Counted from the first letter of the whole stretch, positions 10,340-20,442 are shown. The stretch: DNA of 63,400 bases, filler included, from Anaerolineae bacterium (GCA_029262755.1; 9 parts of 9 records of this genome joined end to end with filler, not necessarily neighbours in it), one strand, 5' to 3'. Notes: generated by a model from the letters alone, not told the origin. Numbers and translations are program-made.

Positions 10340-11689
10340 ATGCTCGCAACTCGATCGCGAAACGAGCCCACCAGCACGAGCTCGCCCCGGTCCGCCTGCC
10401 TACGCGCCAAGGCGCTGCCCTCCGCGCTGATCGTCGCACTTGCTCTCGTCACGCTGCCCCAGGCGCGCACCGCCCGGGCGATCCCGCACGCGCAGACGAC
10501 CCCCACGCCGACCCCCACGCCACGCGTTCTGCCGGATCCCGCGGCGCCGTGCGAGCTGGACGGCGAGCGGAGCGTGTGGCCGGACGTCGTCGAGGAGGGC
10601 CACCCGATCACGGTGACCGTGCGCATCCGCTACGACTGCACGGCGCAGGCCGCGCCTGCCACCAACCTGATCTTTGTGATCGAAGACACGACGGACTTGG
10701 TCGATCGGCAATTGCCCGCCGCCCAACGCGATGCGCAGCTTGCGATCATTCGCGACGCCTTCCTCGCCCTGCTGGAGCGCGGCGCCGGCAACCCTGCCTC
10801 GCGCATTGCGCTGATCGACGGCAGCAGCGGCGCGCCTTTCGGCCCCCTCGCCGCGGGCCCGGCCGCCTTCGCCACCGTGCGCGACGGGCTCGCCTCCTTG
10901 CGCGCAGATGGCGCTTGCCATCGGCGTTCGGCGTCCCTCGCGGCGGCGAAACGCCTCGTCGACGAAGCGGGTCTGTCGGAACCGGGGACCATGGTGGTGT
11001 ACATCGCAACCAGCGCGCCGCCCTGCGCGGACGGCGGCGTCGTCCCGCCGCCGACGACCGAGTCGTGCAGCGAGCTCGCCCGCAGCGCGACGATCGCGTG
11101 GATCGCGCACGACCGGCAAACGGCGCGCCCGTGTCCCGGCGTTGGGTGGTACTACCGCAGCAACGGCGACCCGGGCGCCATGCCGGAGATTGTCGATGAC
11201 ATCACCCGGCGCCTCTTCGACGAGGATCGGCCGACATCCCTGCACTATGACGACGCGTTCGACCAGTTCCACTTCGCCTACGAGATCGGCAGCGGCCGCC
11301 CCGAGCCCGATTCCCGCGGCCTGTGGCCGCTGGCAACGATCGGCATCCCTGCTGCCTCGCACACGATCCAGTTCCGCCTCATCGCGGAGCGCGCACCCGC
11401 GATCGGCCCCGTGTCCCTGCCGCCCGGCCCCGCGCTGGCGTGGACCATGGGCAGCACCAGCACCACCTGGCACCTCCCGAACCCGCGCGTCTGCATCCAC
11501 CGCCCCACCCGCCGTGCGCAGGACTGCCCCGACTGGCCGGAGCCGCCGCCCCAGCCGACGACGCCCCCGCGCGCCGCGACGATGACACCGGTCGCGACGA
11601 GCACCATGCTACCGCGGGTTCCGACGGCCACACGGGTCGTCGTTCCGGCGAACCACAGGGTGTACTTCCCTCTGTCCATCAGCCACTAA
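10340..11689 (+). CDS. Secreted protein with degenerate VWA-like domain, Pro/Thr linkers and C-terminal VYFP motif
   Basis: Signal-like LIVALALVTLP; TPTP linker; NLIFVIED strand resembling the first VWA strand; C-terminal PT-rich tail. Confidence 0.65.
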   Translation: MLATRSRNEPTSTSSPRSACLRAKALPSALIVALALVTLPQARTARAIPHAQTTPTPTPTPRVLPDPAAPCELDGERSVWPDVVEEGHPITVTVRIRYDCTAQAAPATNLIFVIEDTTDLVDRQLPAAQRDAQLAIIRDAFLALLERGAGNPASRIALIDGSSGAPFGPLAAGPAAFATVRDGLASLRADGACHRRSASLAAAKRLVDEAGLSEPGTMVVYIATSAPPCADGGVVPPPTTESCSELARSATIAWIAHDRQTARPCPGVGWYYRSNGDPGAMPEIVDDITRRLFDEDRPTSLHYDDAFDQFHFAYEIGSGRPEPDSRGLWPLATIGIPAASHTIQFRLIAERAPAIGPVSLPPGPALAWTMGSTSTTWHLPNPRVCIHRPTRRAQDCPDWPEPPPQPTTPPRAATMTPVATSTMLPRVPTATRVVVPANHRVYFPLSISH

Positions 11690-11751
11690 TACAGTGCGGC
11701 TCAAGTGGCGCCGATGTACTAGGGAATCTCGAAGTACGGCAGGCGCGCACC

Positions 11752-12669
11752 CTACGGCGCGGCCGCGCCCACGTTGGGGATCTGGATCAGCGGGGTAGCG
11801 CCGCCGGTGTAGAGCGGCAGCTTGCCGTCCCAGACCTGGAGCTGTTCGTATTGGATCAGCTCGGGTGTCAGGCTCTGGGCCAGGATGCGGTTGGCCTCGG
11901 CCTGGGCGATGGCGCGCAGCTTGATGGACTCCGACTCGCCGCGGGCGCGTTCGATCACGGAATCGGCCTGGCCCTTGGCTTCGTTGACGGCCTTGGTGGC
12001 CAGCTGTTCCGCCTGTTCGGCCTGGAAGCCGGCGGTTTTGACCTGCTCCTCGGCGATCTGCTGCTGCTCGATGGCCGCGATATAGTCCACGGCAAAGTCG
12101 ATCTCGCGGATCAAGAAGTCCCTGAGCTCCACGCCGCGGCGCTCGAACTTCTCGGCCAGGCGCGTCTCGATGTCGGACTGCGCGCCGTACACGTCGCCCG
12201 AGAAGAGCGTCTCCGCGCGGTAGGAGCGCAGCCCGTTGCGCACCTCGCTGCGGCTGATGGTCTCGACGACGCGGCGTGCGATCTCGGTCATGTCGCCGCC
12301 GACCTTACCGTATACCTCGCTGGCCTGGTCGGTCGGCACGCGAAAGATCACCGAGTAGGCCACGCTGATGGTCTGGCCGTCCTTGGTCTGCGTGTCCACC
12401 ACCGCGCCGCGGAAGTCCTGGTCGGAACGGGACGGCTCGCGCGAGGTCTCGTAGACCACCTCGCGCACGCTGTAGCAATGGAAGCGGTAGACGAGCGGGA
12501 CGCGCCAGTAGAGGCCGTTGCTCACCGGCGGCTGCAGCTCGCCCCAGCGCGTCACCGCGCAGGTTTCCGAGGCATCGACGATGTGGAAGCCGCTCACGGC
12601 GATAACCGCCGCCACGATCACCGCGACGCCGAGGCCGCCCAGACCGGCCAGCGATTGAATACGATTCAT
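11752..12669 (-). CDS. SPFH/prohibitin (band 7) family protein
   Basis: N-terminal TM; TKDGQ; AIEQQQIAEE; AEANRILAQSLTPELIQY..WDGKLP. Confidence 0.92.
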   Translation of the reverse strand: MNRIQSLAGLGGLGVAVIVAAVIAVSGFHIVDASETCAVTRWGELQPPVSNGLYWRVPLVYRFHCYSVREVVYETSREPSRSDQDFRGAVVDTQTKDGQTISVAYSVIFRVPTDQASEVYGKVGGDMTEIARRVVETISRSEVRNGLRSYRAETLFSGDVYGAQSDIETRLAEKFERRGVELRDFLIREIDFAVDYIAAIEQQQIAEEQVKTAGFQAEQAEQLATKAVNEAKGQADSVIERARGESESIKLRAIAQAEANRILAQSLTPELIQYEQLQVWDGKLPLYTGGATPLIQIPNVGAAAP

Positions 12670-13103
12670 GAAACGCTCCTCCTAGAAGACTTGAATTGCG
12701 TGCCGAAGCAGCCGGACGTCGTCGCGCCGCGAACACGGGACGCAATCAGCGTCCGCGGATGCAGGGCGGCGCCCGGCCACCGGCTCCCTGTACGCGTCGA
12801 AGCGCGCGGGGTCGCACGGGTTGTCGCGCAATCGTACGAAGCCTGAAGTTTCCGTGCGACACAGTACGATGGCCAACGTAGTCTGGTACGATTGTTGCCG
12901 CGGAGCGAGCCTCCGAGCGTGGCGAGCTCCCCCTATCGTCCGCAATCGATGCCATAGGACCGGAACGCGTCGCGCCCGTCGCGTCAAAAGGCGACCGGAA
13001 CCATCGCCCTCACTCTCCCCCCACAACCATGCGACGTTCCCGGCCCCACCGATCCCCCAGACGCGCATCCGCGTCTGCCGCTGTCGCACCCATCCCCGAA
13101 GAG

Positions 13104-14579
13104 ATGATCCCCATGCCAGTCGGCACTCCACGCTTCGCAACCCAAGGTCCGATCCTGCTCTTCGTCGCGCTTGCGGCGGCGATCGGTATCACGCTGTCCC
13201 TTCGGGAGCCCGCGCCGCCGACGACGCCCGCGACCTCCGCGCCGGCCGGCGGGCCCGTCCGCCAGGCGGACGATACGGGCGGCGACGATGCGTCTGCGTC
13301 CGATCCTGATGCGGCGCAGGATGCAGCCGAAACCGCCGACCCGGACGCCACGCCGGATCCGGATGCCACGGTTGATCCCAACGCCACGCCTGGTGCCGAA
13401 GCCACACCCGATCCGGACGCGACCCGCGAGATCGTGTCGATCGCCGAGACCTTCCCGCTCGCGCCCATGTTGCCCGACGGTGAGTTGGTATACGGGCCGA
13501 CCTTGTTCGGCTTTGATGCCGGGCGGATCGCCGCGGAGAAGGGCGGCTTGCTCGCCACCTACGGCGAGGATGTCGGCGGCGAGGTGATGGACGGACCGCG
13601 CATCGTCGAGCGTGTCGCGCGGGCGTACTCGATCAGCCCGCGGCTGCTGTTGACCCTGCTGGAACTGGAGAGCGGGTGGGTGACCCGGGCCGACGCCGAG
13701 CGCGTCGAGGATCCGCTCGGAGTGGGTGAGAGCGGCCTGTATGCCGGGCTTACCCGGACAGCGGAGGGCTTGCTCGCGCTCTACCACGAGCGTCGCGACG
13801 AGGGGCGACAGCGCATCGACTTGGCCGGCAACGAGGCCGTCAACGTAGCACCAGGCAATCCCGGCTCGTGGGCATTGCTGGCCTGGCTTTCACGCGATGT
13901 GACGGCGGAAGCGTGGCCGGCGCTGGAAGGCCCCAGCCGCTTCTGGGCGATTTGGCAGAACCTATACGCGGCGGACCCGCTCTTCTTCGGGTCGGTATCG
14001 GTGCGCGTCGCGCCGCCGCCGCCCGCGCTGGATCTGCCCTTTGCGCTCGGGCAGCGCTGGTACCTGTTGCCCGGGCCCGCGCCACTCGTCGGGGAAGCGG
14101 GGCCCGCCGCGGCCATCGCGTTTGCGCCGCCGCCAGCCGGAGCCACCGGATGCTTCGGCTCCGTGGAGTGGGTGACGGCGCCGCTGGGCGGCATCGTGCG
14201 CTGGGCGGATGGCGGCAGCCTCGTGCTGGACCCGAACGAGGACGGCGACGACTGGCCGGGCACCGGATGGAGCCTGGCCGTGCGGCACCTCTCGCCCGTG
14301 GACCGCGCGTCCGAGGGCGCCTTCGTTGGACGCGGGCAGCCGCTCGGGCATCCCTACTGCGCGGACGGCAGCGGCCAGACGCGCGTGGCATTCGCGTTGC
14401 GCTACGATGGGGCCTGGGTGCCCGCGCTACGGCCCGGTGCGCCGCTGACCTTGGGCGGCTGGACCCTCGAAGCCGGTGCGGGCGAGGGCGCGCTGCGCTT
14501 GACCCGCCCCGGGCTGGCCGCCCGCACGAGCGCGGCGACCAAGATCGACGGCCGCAACGACGTCGCCGCACTTCCGTAG
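13104..14579 (+). CDS. LasA/M23-like metallopeptidase homologue, apparently lacking Zn ligands
   Basis: N-terminal TM and acidic linker; SISPRLLLTLLELESGWV; LDLPF..GQRW; VLD..D...TGW...HL; V..GQPLGHP. Confidence 0.65.
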   Translation: MIPMPVGTPRFATQGPILLFVALAAAIGITLSLREPAPPTTPATSAPAGGPVRQADDTGGDDASASDPDAAQDAAETADPDATPDPDATVDPNATPGAEATPDPDATREIVSIAETFPLAPMLPDGELVYGPTLFGFDAGRIAAEKGGLLATYGEDVGGEVMDGPRIVERVARAYSISPRLLLTLLELESGWVTRADAERVEDPLGVGESGLYAGLTRTAEGLLALYHERRDEGRQRIDLAGNEAVNVAPGNPGSWALLAWLSRDVTAEAWPALEGPSRFWAIWQNLYAADPLFFGSVSVRVAPPPPALDLPFALGQRWYLLPGPAPLVGEAGPAAAIAFAPPPAGATGCFGSVEWVTAPLGGIVRWADGGSLVLDPNEDGDDWPGTGWSLAVRHLSPVDRASEGAFVGRGQPLGHPYCADGSGQTRVAFALRYDGAWVPALRPGAPLTLGGWTLEAGAGEGALRLTRPGLAARTSAATKIDGRNDVAALP

Positions 14580-14624
14580 CGCGCGCGACTCCGCTACCGT
14601 GCGCCGCCCCAGGAGCCGCCGACC

Positions 14625-15701
14625 ATGATCTTCCAGCGCCTATGGACCCGACTGCGCCGCGCCTGGCTGTTGATCATCATCGTCCTGACCGTGCTCGGCA
14701 TCACGCTGCGCCTCGGCGGCGACCGCCTCCGCGACCTGACGGCGGGCACCTGCGACGCAGCGCCCACCTTCGGCGCCGACGTGCCGCGCCGGCTGCAGGC
14801 GGAGCTGAACTACCTCTTCGATAACAAGCTGCTGTACTGCGAGGAGCCGCAACGCGCCTTCCTAGGGCTGAAAGGCCCGATCTACTGGGGCTCCGAGGGC
14901 ACGACGAGCATCCTGTTCTTCCAGGCCGAATCCCTGGACGGAGTCGGGGTGACGCGCTACGGCTTCGGTTCGCCGGGCGACCTGTTCCAGGTCACGCCGA
15001 TGGGCGGCGCGCCGCCGGCAGGCTACGGCGAGCTGCGCGCCGGAGCGCCCGTCATCCGCAACCAGGCCGAGGGCGATGCGCCCAATTACTTCGTGCATCG
15101 CGCGGGTCCGCCGCCGGAGGGCGATGTGATGGTCAGCGCCCGCGTGCGCGGCCCGTCCACGCCGGACACCCGCGTGATCGGCAACCGTGACGTCGTGAGC
15201 GACGTGACGCGATTGTGGGACCGGCTACGCGGCCGGCAACAGACCGATCCCACCGGTGGCGGATCCACGGTCAGCGAGGTCTTCTTCGCGATCTGGACCG
15301 GCCGCTGGGATATCGTCATCGGGCGCGACGTGAACCCCGAGCTCGACATCGGCGAAGAGGCCAGCCATGCCGCGGCGCTGCGCAAGGCCAACGAAGACGG
15401 TGTGCTCGATGGTCCGGCCTGGTACCAGACCGTGAGCGGCGAGTTGGCCAGCGCCGTCTGGGCGGCCGGCGTCCTGACCGAAACACGCCCGGCCATGCGG
15501 CTGCTGGACGCCGAAGGAAGCGAGGTGCCACCGATCGGCTCGGGCTTGTTCCAGAGCTCGGTGTCCGGCATCCCGCTTGCGATGTTCGGCTACGCCCCGC
15601 AGCCGACCGGCGTGCCCTTCGAGGCCGAACTATGGCTCGACGAACGCGCCCGCGCGGACGGCGCCGAACCGGACCTGCGCTTCCCCGTGACCTTCCCATG
15701 A
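14625..15701 (+). CDS. Membrane-anchored hypothetical protein
   Basis: AGGAG RBS; N-terminal TM (AWLLIIIVLTVLGITL); ATGA overlap with next gene. Confidence 0.75.
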   Translation: MIFQRLWTRLRRAWLLIIIVLTVLGITLRLGGDRLRDLTAGTCDAAPTFGADVPRRLQAELNYLFDNKLLYCEEPQRAFLGLKGPIYWGSEGTTSILFFQAESLDGVGVTRYGFGSPGDLFQVTPMGGAPPAGYGELRAGAPVIRNQAEGDAPNYFVHRAGPPPEGDVMVSARVRGPSTPDTRVIGNRDVVSDVTRLWDRLRGRQQTDPTGGGSTVSEVFFAIWTGRWDIVIGRDVNPELDIGEEASHAAALRKANEDGVLDGPAWYQTVSGELASAVWAAGVLTETRPAMRLLDAEGSEVPPIGSGLFQSSVSGIPLAMFGYAPQPTGVPFEAELWLDERARADGAEPDLRFPVTFP

Positions 15702-16921
15702 TCGCGGCCAGCGAGGGCGACACACCCGAATCGCACGGATCCGCGCGCCCGGAACCGGGGACGGCTCCGGTCGCGGGCAACGTCGCGGGCGACGTCGACA
15801 GCCACGTCGACGGCCACGTCGACGGCCACGTCGACGGCAACGTCGACAGCAACGTCGACAGCAACGTCGACGGCCACGTCGACGGCCACGTCGACGGCAA
15901 CGTCGACAGCAACGTCGACAGCAACGTCGACGGTAACGTCGACGGCAACGCTACTTCGCGCGGCGCCTCCGACCTCGACCTCGACCGCATGCTCGCCGTC
16001 GCCGCCGACGTGGCGCGCAGGGCGGGTGCGCTCGTCGCGGCGCGCTTCGATGCGCGCACGCCGGGGCGCACGACCATGAAGGGCCACGCGCACAACCTGG
16101 TCACCGAAACTGACGAGCTATCCGAGCGCCTGATCATCGCCACGCTCACGGCCGCCTTCCCCACGCACGGGCTGATCGCGGAAGAGGGCGGAGGACACGA
16201 CGCGGCCCCCGAGGCCGTGCGCTGGTACATCGATCCGCTCGACGGCACGAACAACTTCGCGCACGGCATCCCCATCTTCGCGGTGACGCTGGCCGCCGCG
16301 CAGGGCGATCGCCTGCTCGTCGGCGTGACCTACGACCCGCTCCGGGACGAGCTCTTCACGGCCGTCCGGGGACGCGGCGCCGCGCTCAACGGCCGTCCGC
16401 TTGCCGTCGGCACCGCGGGCAGCCTGGACGAGGCGGTGGTGGCCACGGGCTTCCCCTACGACAAGTCCTCCAACCCCGACAACAACCTGTGCGAGGTCAA
16501 CGCGCTGCTGCCCCGCGTGCGCGGCCTGCGCCGCGTCGGCGCCGCGGCCATCGATCTGGCCTGGCTCGCCGCCGGCCGTATGGACGCCTATTGGGAGGGC
16601 CACATGCATCCCTGGGACATCGCCGCCGGCATCTTGCTCGTCCGCGAGGCGGGCGGCCGCATCTCCGACTACGCCGGCCATCCGGCCATCCCCGAAACGA
16701 GCCACGTCGTCGCGGGCAACCCGGCGCTGCACGCTCTCCTTCGCGCCGGCGTGTGGGACGCGCGCACGGCCGCGGGGCTTCCGGATCCGGGGCGCGCGGC
16801 GGATGCGCATGCCGAAGGCAAGCGTGCCGCGGGATACCTTCGCTCGCACGAGGACTCGAATCGAACCGGCCCGGCAAGTCGAAGCGAGATTGCGGCTCCC
16901 TCCACAGAGCCGAGCGAATGA
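15698..16921 (+). CDS. suhB: Inositol monophosphatase family protein with repeat-expanded N-terminus
   Basis: NLVTETD; EE; WYIDPLDGTNNF; GAAAIDLAWLAAGRMD; WDIAAG. Confidence 0.9.
   Translation: MIAASEGDTPESHGSARPEPGTAPVAGNVAGDVDSHVDGHVDGHVDGNVDSNVDSNVDGHVDGHVDGNVDSNVDSNVDGNVDGNATSRGASDLDLDRMLAVAADVARRAGALVAARFDARTPGRTTMKGHAHNLVTETDELSERLIIATLTAAFPTHGLIAEEGGGHDAAPEAVRWYIDPLDGTNNFAHGIPIFAVTLAAAQGDRLLVGVTYDPLRDELFTAVRGRGAALNGRPLAVGTAGSLDEAVVATGFPYDKSSNPDNNLCEVNALLPRVRGLRRVGAAAIDLAWLAAGRMDAYWEGHMHPWDIAAGILLVREAGGRISDYAGHPAIPETSHVVAGNPALHALLRAGVWDARTAAGLPDPGRAADAHAEGKRAAGYLRSHEDSNRTGPASRSEIAAPSTEPSE
15770..15950 (+). repeat. 12-bp in-frame tandem repeat (VDGH/VDSN/VDGN)
   Basis: About 14 copies of (A/C)ACGTCGAC(A/G)GC-like units. 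Confidence 0.9.
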
Positions 16922-18123
16922 GCACCGACATCGCTCCGACCAACGAGGCGCTCTCCCCGCATGTCCTGCGCTTGCTCGCGATCATCAGCCGCGCACGCAG
17001 CTCCGCGATCATCGGCGGCACCCCGGGCGATGAGTGGCACGAAGCCCTGAGCGCCGCAGGCCTCACGGTGCGTACGCATGGTGGCCCGGTGGGCGCAGGT
17101 GACGGCGCAGGTGACGGTGCAGGTGACGGTAGCGCGAATGGCGACGGCGACGGCAGCATCGACGGTGCACTCGACGGTGACGGCGACGGCGACGGTGCAC
17201 TCGACGGCGGCGGCGACGGTGCCGGCCACATCGACGGTCCACTCGCCGGCGACGTTGAACGCGACGAGCGCCCTCCGATCGACGGGTCCCGCTTTGACAA
17301 CGTGGATCTGCTCTTCGTGGCGCCGGGCGCGCGGCTCGCGTCGCTGCCCGCGCGGGCGCTCGCAATCGCCGCCTATCCGGCGTCGCTCGCGGCGATCGCG
17401 CGATCGCAGAAAACCGAGGACACCGCAGCGACATCCGGCGCCGGCGGTGGCGCCAACAGTAGTTCCGACGACGAAGTCACCATCGCGCTCGTTCCGCGCG
17501 GGCCGTCGCTGGATGCGCCGGCCTTTGCGATGGCCATGCGTGGTGCGCTCGCCCCGGATGCACGTGCGCTGTTGGCGAGCATCCACGCCGACAGCCGTGC
17601 CGACAGGCCGACGGAGCCGCTGCCCGATGACGCGGGTCAAGTGCTGTGGCTGCTTGCGCGCTCGCGTCGGTCGCGCAAGGCGCTGGAGCTGGGCACCGGT
17701 GTAGGCGCCGCTGCGATCTGGCTGGCCTCTGGCCTACGCAAGCCCGGCGGGATGCTCGTCGGCATCGAGCGTGACGCGGCGCGCCAGCCGCGTGCGCGGC
17801 GCCATCTTGCGCGCCTCGGCCTGGCGAGCGTGGTGGATCTGCGGCTGGGCGAGACCCGCAAGCAGCTTTACAAGGTGCCGAACGGGCTCGACCTCGTGTT
17901 GCTCGATCACGATACGATGGACCGGGCCGGCGACCTCGAGGTCGTGCTAGAGCACTGTGCACCGGGCGCGCTGGTCGTCGCGCACGGCATGCACGCGGAC
18001 GGCTCCGGTCACGCGCGCTACCGGGCGATCGTCGCGAGCCACCCCGCGATCGCGGAGGAATTCACGCTGGCCGTGGGTGGGGGGCTGTCGCTCTCGTTGG
18101 TGGCACGAGGAAGCGAACGCTAG
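16918..18123 (+). CDS. Class I SAM-dependent O-methyltransferase-like protein with N-terminal extension
   Basis: C-terminal GQVLWLLA...ALELGTGVG..AIWLA; LDLVLLD; PGALVVAH; Gly/Asp repeat insertion at ~17094-17240. Confidence 0.75.
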   Translation: MSTDIAPTNEALSPHVLRLLAIISRARSSAIIGGTPGDEWHEALSAAGLTVRTHGGPVGAGDGAGDGAGDGSANGDGDGSIDGALDGDGDGDGALDGGGDGAGHIDGPLAGDVERDERPPIDGSRFDNVDLLFVAPGARLASLPARALAIAAYPASLAAIARSQKTEDTAATSGAGGGANSSSDDEVTIALVPRGPSLDAPAFAMAMRGALAPDARALLASIHADSRADRPTEPLPDDAGQVLWLLARSRRSRKALELGTGVGAAAIWLASGLRKPGGMLVGIERDAARQPRARRHLARLGLASVVDLRLGETRKQLYKVPNGLDLVLLDHDTMDRAGDLEVVLEHCAPGALVVAHGMHADGSGHARYRAIVASHPAIAEEFTLAVGGGLSLSLVARGSER

Positions 18124-18180
18124 ACGGCGAGCGCGGACCGAGCATCCACGGGCATCGGGGCACTGGACAATGGGGGACTG

Positions 18181-18270
18181 GGCTCTGGACACAGGAGCTC
18201 TGGACTCCGTGGCTCTGGACAAAGTGGCTCCGGACACAGTGGCTCTGAACTCGGTGGCTCTGGACACCTG
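18181..18270. repeat. 15-bp intergenic tandem repeat x6
   Basis: GGCTCTGGACACAGT-like units between two convergent genes. Confidence 0.85.
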
Positions 18271-18292
18271 GCCCCAGCGAATCCAACCAGCC

Positions 18293-18775
18293 CTAAACGC
18301 TCGCTTCGCGACGAGCCTCCGCCGCCTCCGCGGACGCCGCGGCCTCCTTGCGCGCGGCGCGCGTCTCCGCCACGAGCCGATCGTAGGCACCCTCCCATAG
18401 GGCGGAAGATCGGGTGAGCTTCACGACGTTGACGTCCGCGAAACGCGGCGCGAGCTGCGCCAGCGCGACGGGAACGCGCGACCAGTCGCCGGCCAGCAGC
18501 AAGTTCGTCATGCGCTCGGAGAAGCGGTCCGTCCAGTCCCACTCGGCCCGCAACCGATCGGCCTTGATGTAGTAGTGGCGCTTGTCCCACGCGCCGGCCG
18601 ACTTCTCGACGCCCTCCGCGATCTCCCGCAGCACGTACACGATCAGGGCCGCAAGGTCACGGGCCTCCTCGTCCAGCTCCGGTTTGGCCATGAGGCGCTT
18701 GAGCACCTCCGCGACGGTCCGGCGCAAACGCGCGCGTTGGGTACCGGTGCTATCGGTCTGGACGAGACGTCCCAT
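18293..18775 (-). CDS. Conserved hypothetical protein (Chloroflexota-like)
   Basis: AGGAG RBS; MGRLVQTDSTG..R.RLRRTVAE..; AWDKRHYYIKADRLRAEWDW; helical protein. Confidence 0.75.
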   Translation of the reverse strand: MGRLVQTDSTGTQRARLRRTVAEVLKRLMAKPELDEEARDLAALIVYVLREIAEGVEKSAGAWDKRHYYIKADRLRAEWDWTDRFSERMTNLLLAGDWSRVPVALAQLAPRFADVNVVKLTRSSALWEGAYDRLVAETRAARKEAAASAEAAEARREASV

Positions 18776-19090
18776 ACGGCGGTCTCCTGTGCACGTTGGT
18801 GGTGCGGGGGGTAGGGGCGGGTCGGTGGTGGTGGAGTGGTCTCGGGAATGCAAGCGTGGCTCGCGCTGGCCGTCGCGGCCATCCGTGCTCTGCTCGGCCC
18901 AATCGACGCCAAACACGTGGACGAATGCCGTCCGCAACCTGGCGGCGAACGTTGCGCACGACGCCGCCTTACGCCGTCCGACGCCGCGATGCGAACAGGC
19001 GTTCGAGAGTCTAGGAGGTGCGGCGCAAGCCGTCAAGCGGGTCGCGTTCACCGTTGTACCGTGCCGCTCCGCTCGACGCACCGACCACGC

Positions 19091-20053
19091 TCAGCCCGCG
19101 TCGGCAGCCGGGTCGGGCTCGTTGCGCAGGCGTTCGATGGCACTCACCCAGCGCTCCCACCAACGCGAGCCGCTGTGCAGCTCGCCGCGGTGGTGGTCGC
19201 GGATCACACCTTGTTTGTCGACCAGGTAGAGGGCCGGCCAGTAGTGGTTGTTGTAGCCGCGCCAAATCGCCCAGTCGTTGTCGATGGCCACCGGGAAGTC
19301 GAGGTTGAAGCGGTCGAGGGCGGCCTGCACCTTGGCGACGTCACGCTCGTGGTCGAACTCGGGTGTGTGGACGCTCACCAACTCGACGTTCGTTCCGGCG
19401 TAGGTGCTGTGGAGTTCCCGCAACGCGGGAAACGTGTTGATGCAGTTGATTCAGCCGAAGGTCCAGAAGTCGACCATCACCACCTTGCCGCGCAGGCCGG
19501 CCATCGTCAGCGGCTCGCTGTTGAGCCACGTCGTGCTGTAGAACTCCGGCGCGAGCGGGCCAGATTCGGAGGCGACCGCGTCGGTGGGCTGTGCGGTCTC
19601 CGCGGGCACCGGAGGCGCGGCGGCCGGAGGATTGGTCGTCGCCGCTGCGTCCGGCGGCGTATCGGATGTGTCCGTGTCGCGATCGACGTTGACGGCGTCT
19701 GCGTCGATCTCGTCGGTCGCCACGGGCGCGGGCGAGGCATCCGCCGGGAGCGTCGAAACCGCGGCAATCGCGGCACTCGTCGCATCCGACAGCTTTGCTT
19801 CGCCGGATACGTCGGAAGCCTCGGATCCGTTGGATGTACTCGTAGTGTCCCCGGTCAGCGCACCGTGCTCTTGGTCGAGCGTCGCGACGGCCATCGGGTC
19901 CGTGATGGACGGGGCACCAACCGCGTCCGGATCTCCGGTCGTACCATCCCGCGGCCCGCAAGCCGCAGCAGCAACGCAGAGCGCCGCGATCGCCACGGAG
20001 CGCGCCGAAAGGCGGGCTGTCCGTCGAGCGATTCGCGGCGCGCTGCATGCCAC
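19091..20053 (-). CDS. Selenocysteine-containing DipZ/TlpA-like thioredoxin lipoprotein (UxxC), in-frame TGA at 19451-19453
   Basis: ORFs 19451..20137 and 19091..19423 share a frame; readthrough gives WLNSEPL..LRGKVVMVDFWTFG-U-INCINTFPAL..VHTPEF..IDND..WRGYNNHYWPALYLVDKQG; lipobox AAAC. Start approximate. Confidence 0.85.
19414..19433 (-). promoter_or_regulatory. Candidate bacterial SECIS hairpin
   Basis: mRNA UUCCCGC-GUU-GCGGGAA: 7-bp stem starting 19 nt after UGA, apical loop begins with G. Confidence 0.65.
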
Positions 20054-20100
20054 GACGAGTCCGTGTTTGGGGTACTGGATGCTTGCCGCGGGGCGCACGC

Positions 20101-20442
20101 CTACTCCGGGGTGTGAAGGGCCTCTTGTTCCGCCCAATCGGTGGCATCTTCACGCAGATGGCTGAGATCGGCCGCAACGATGCTGGTGGCGATCGAAGGG
20201 CGGCTCATCGCGTCGAGCAGTTGCGCGCCGCCGTCGCAAGCCATCTTGCTGAGCATGGCGACGGAGCGGCCGCATGGTTCACGCCACCCTCGTTCCCATG
20301 CCACGATTAGCCAGGACGGTACGGCAAGTGCCGCCCCAAGCTCCTCGCGGCTCAACTCTAAACGTTCCCGAATGTGCAGGATTGCGCTTGCAACGTGTGG
20401 ATCGCCCGTCGGTCGCGCCGCGACGGTCCCCTGAGTACTCAT
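20101..20442 (-). CDS. XRE-family helix-turn-helix protein
   Basis: GGAGG RBS; ILHIRERLELSREELGAALAVP..LIVAWERGWREP. Confidence 0.7.
   Translation of the reverse strand: MSTQGTVAARPTGDPHVASAILHIRERLELSREELGAALAVPSWLIVAWERGWREPCGRSVAMLSKMACDGGAQLLDAMSRPSIATSIVAADLSHLREDATDWAEQEALHTPE

Noticed and set aside
18181..18270. Possible mini-CRISPR or iteron array
   Set aside because: 15-bp period, variable part only about 5 nt, no cas or rep gene; a simple VNTR
19091..20137. Thioredoxin pseudogene or two separate genes
   Set aside because: The stop is TGA exactly at the catalytic Cys with a SECIS-like hairpin; Sec recoding explains it better
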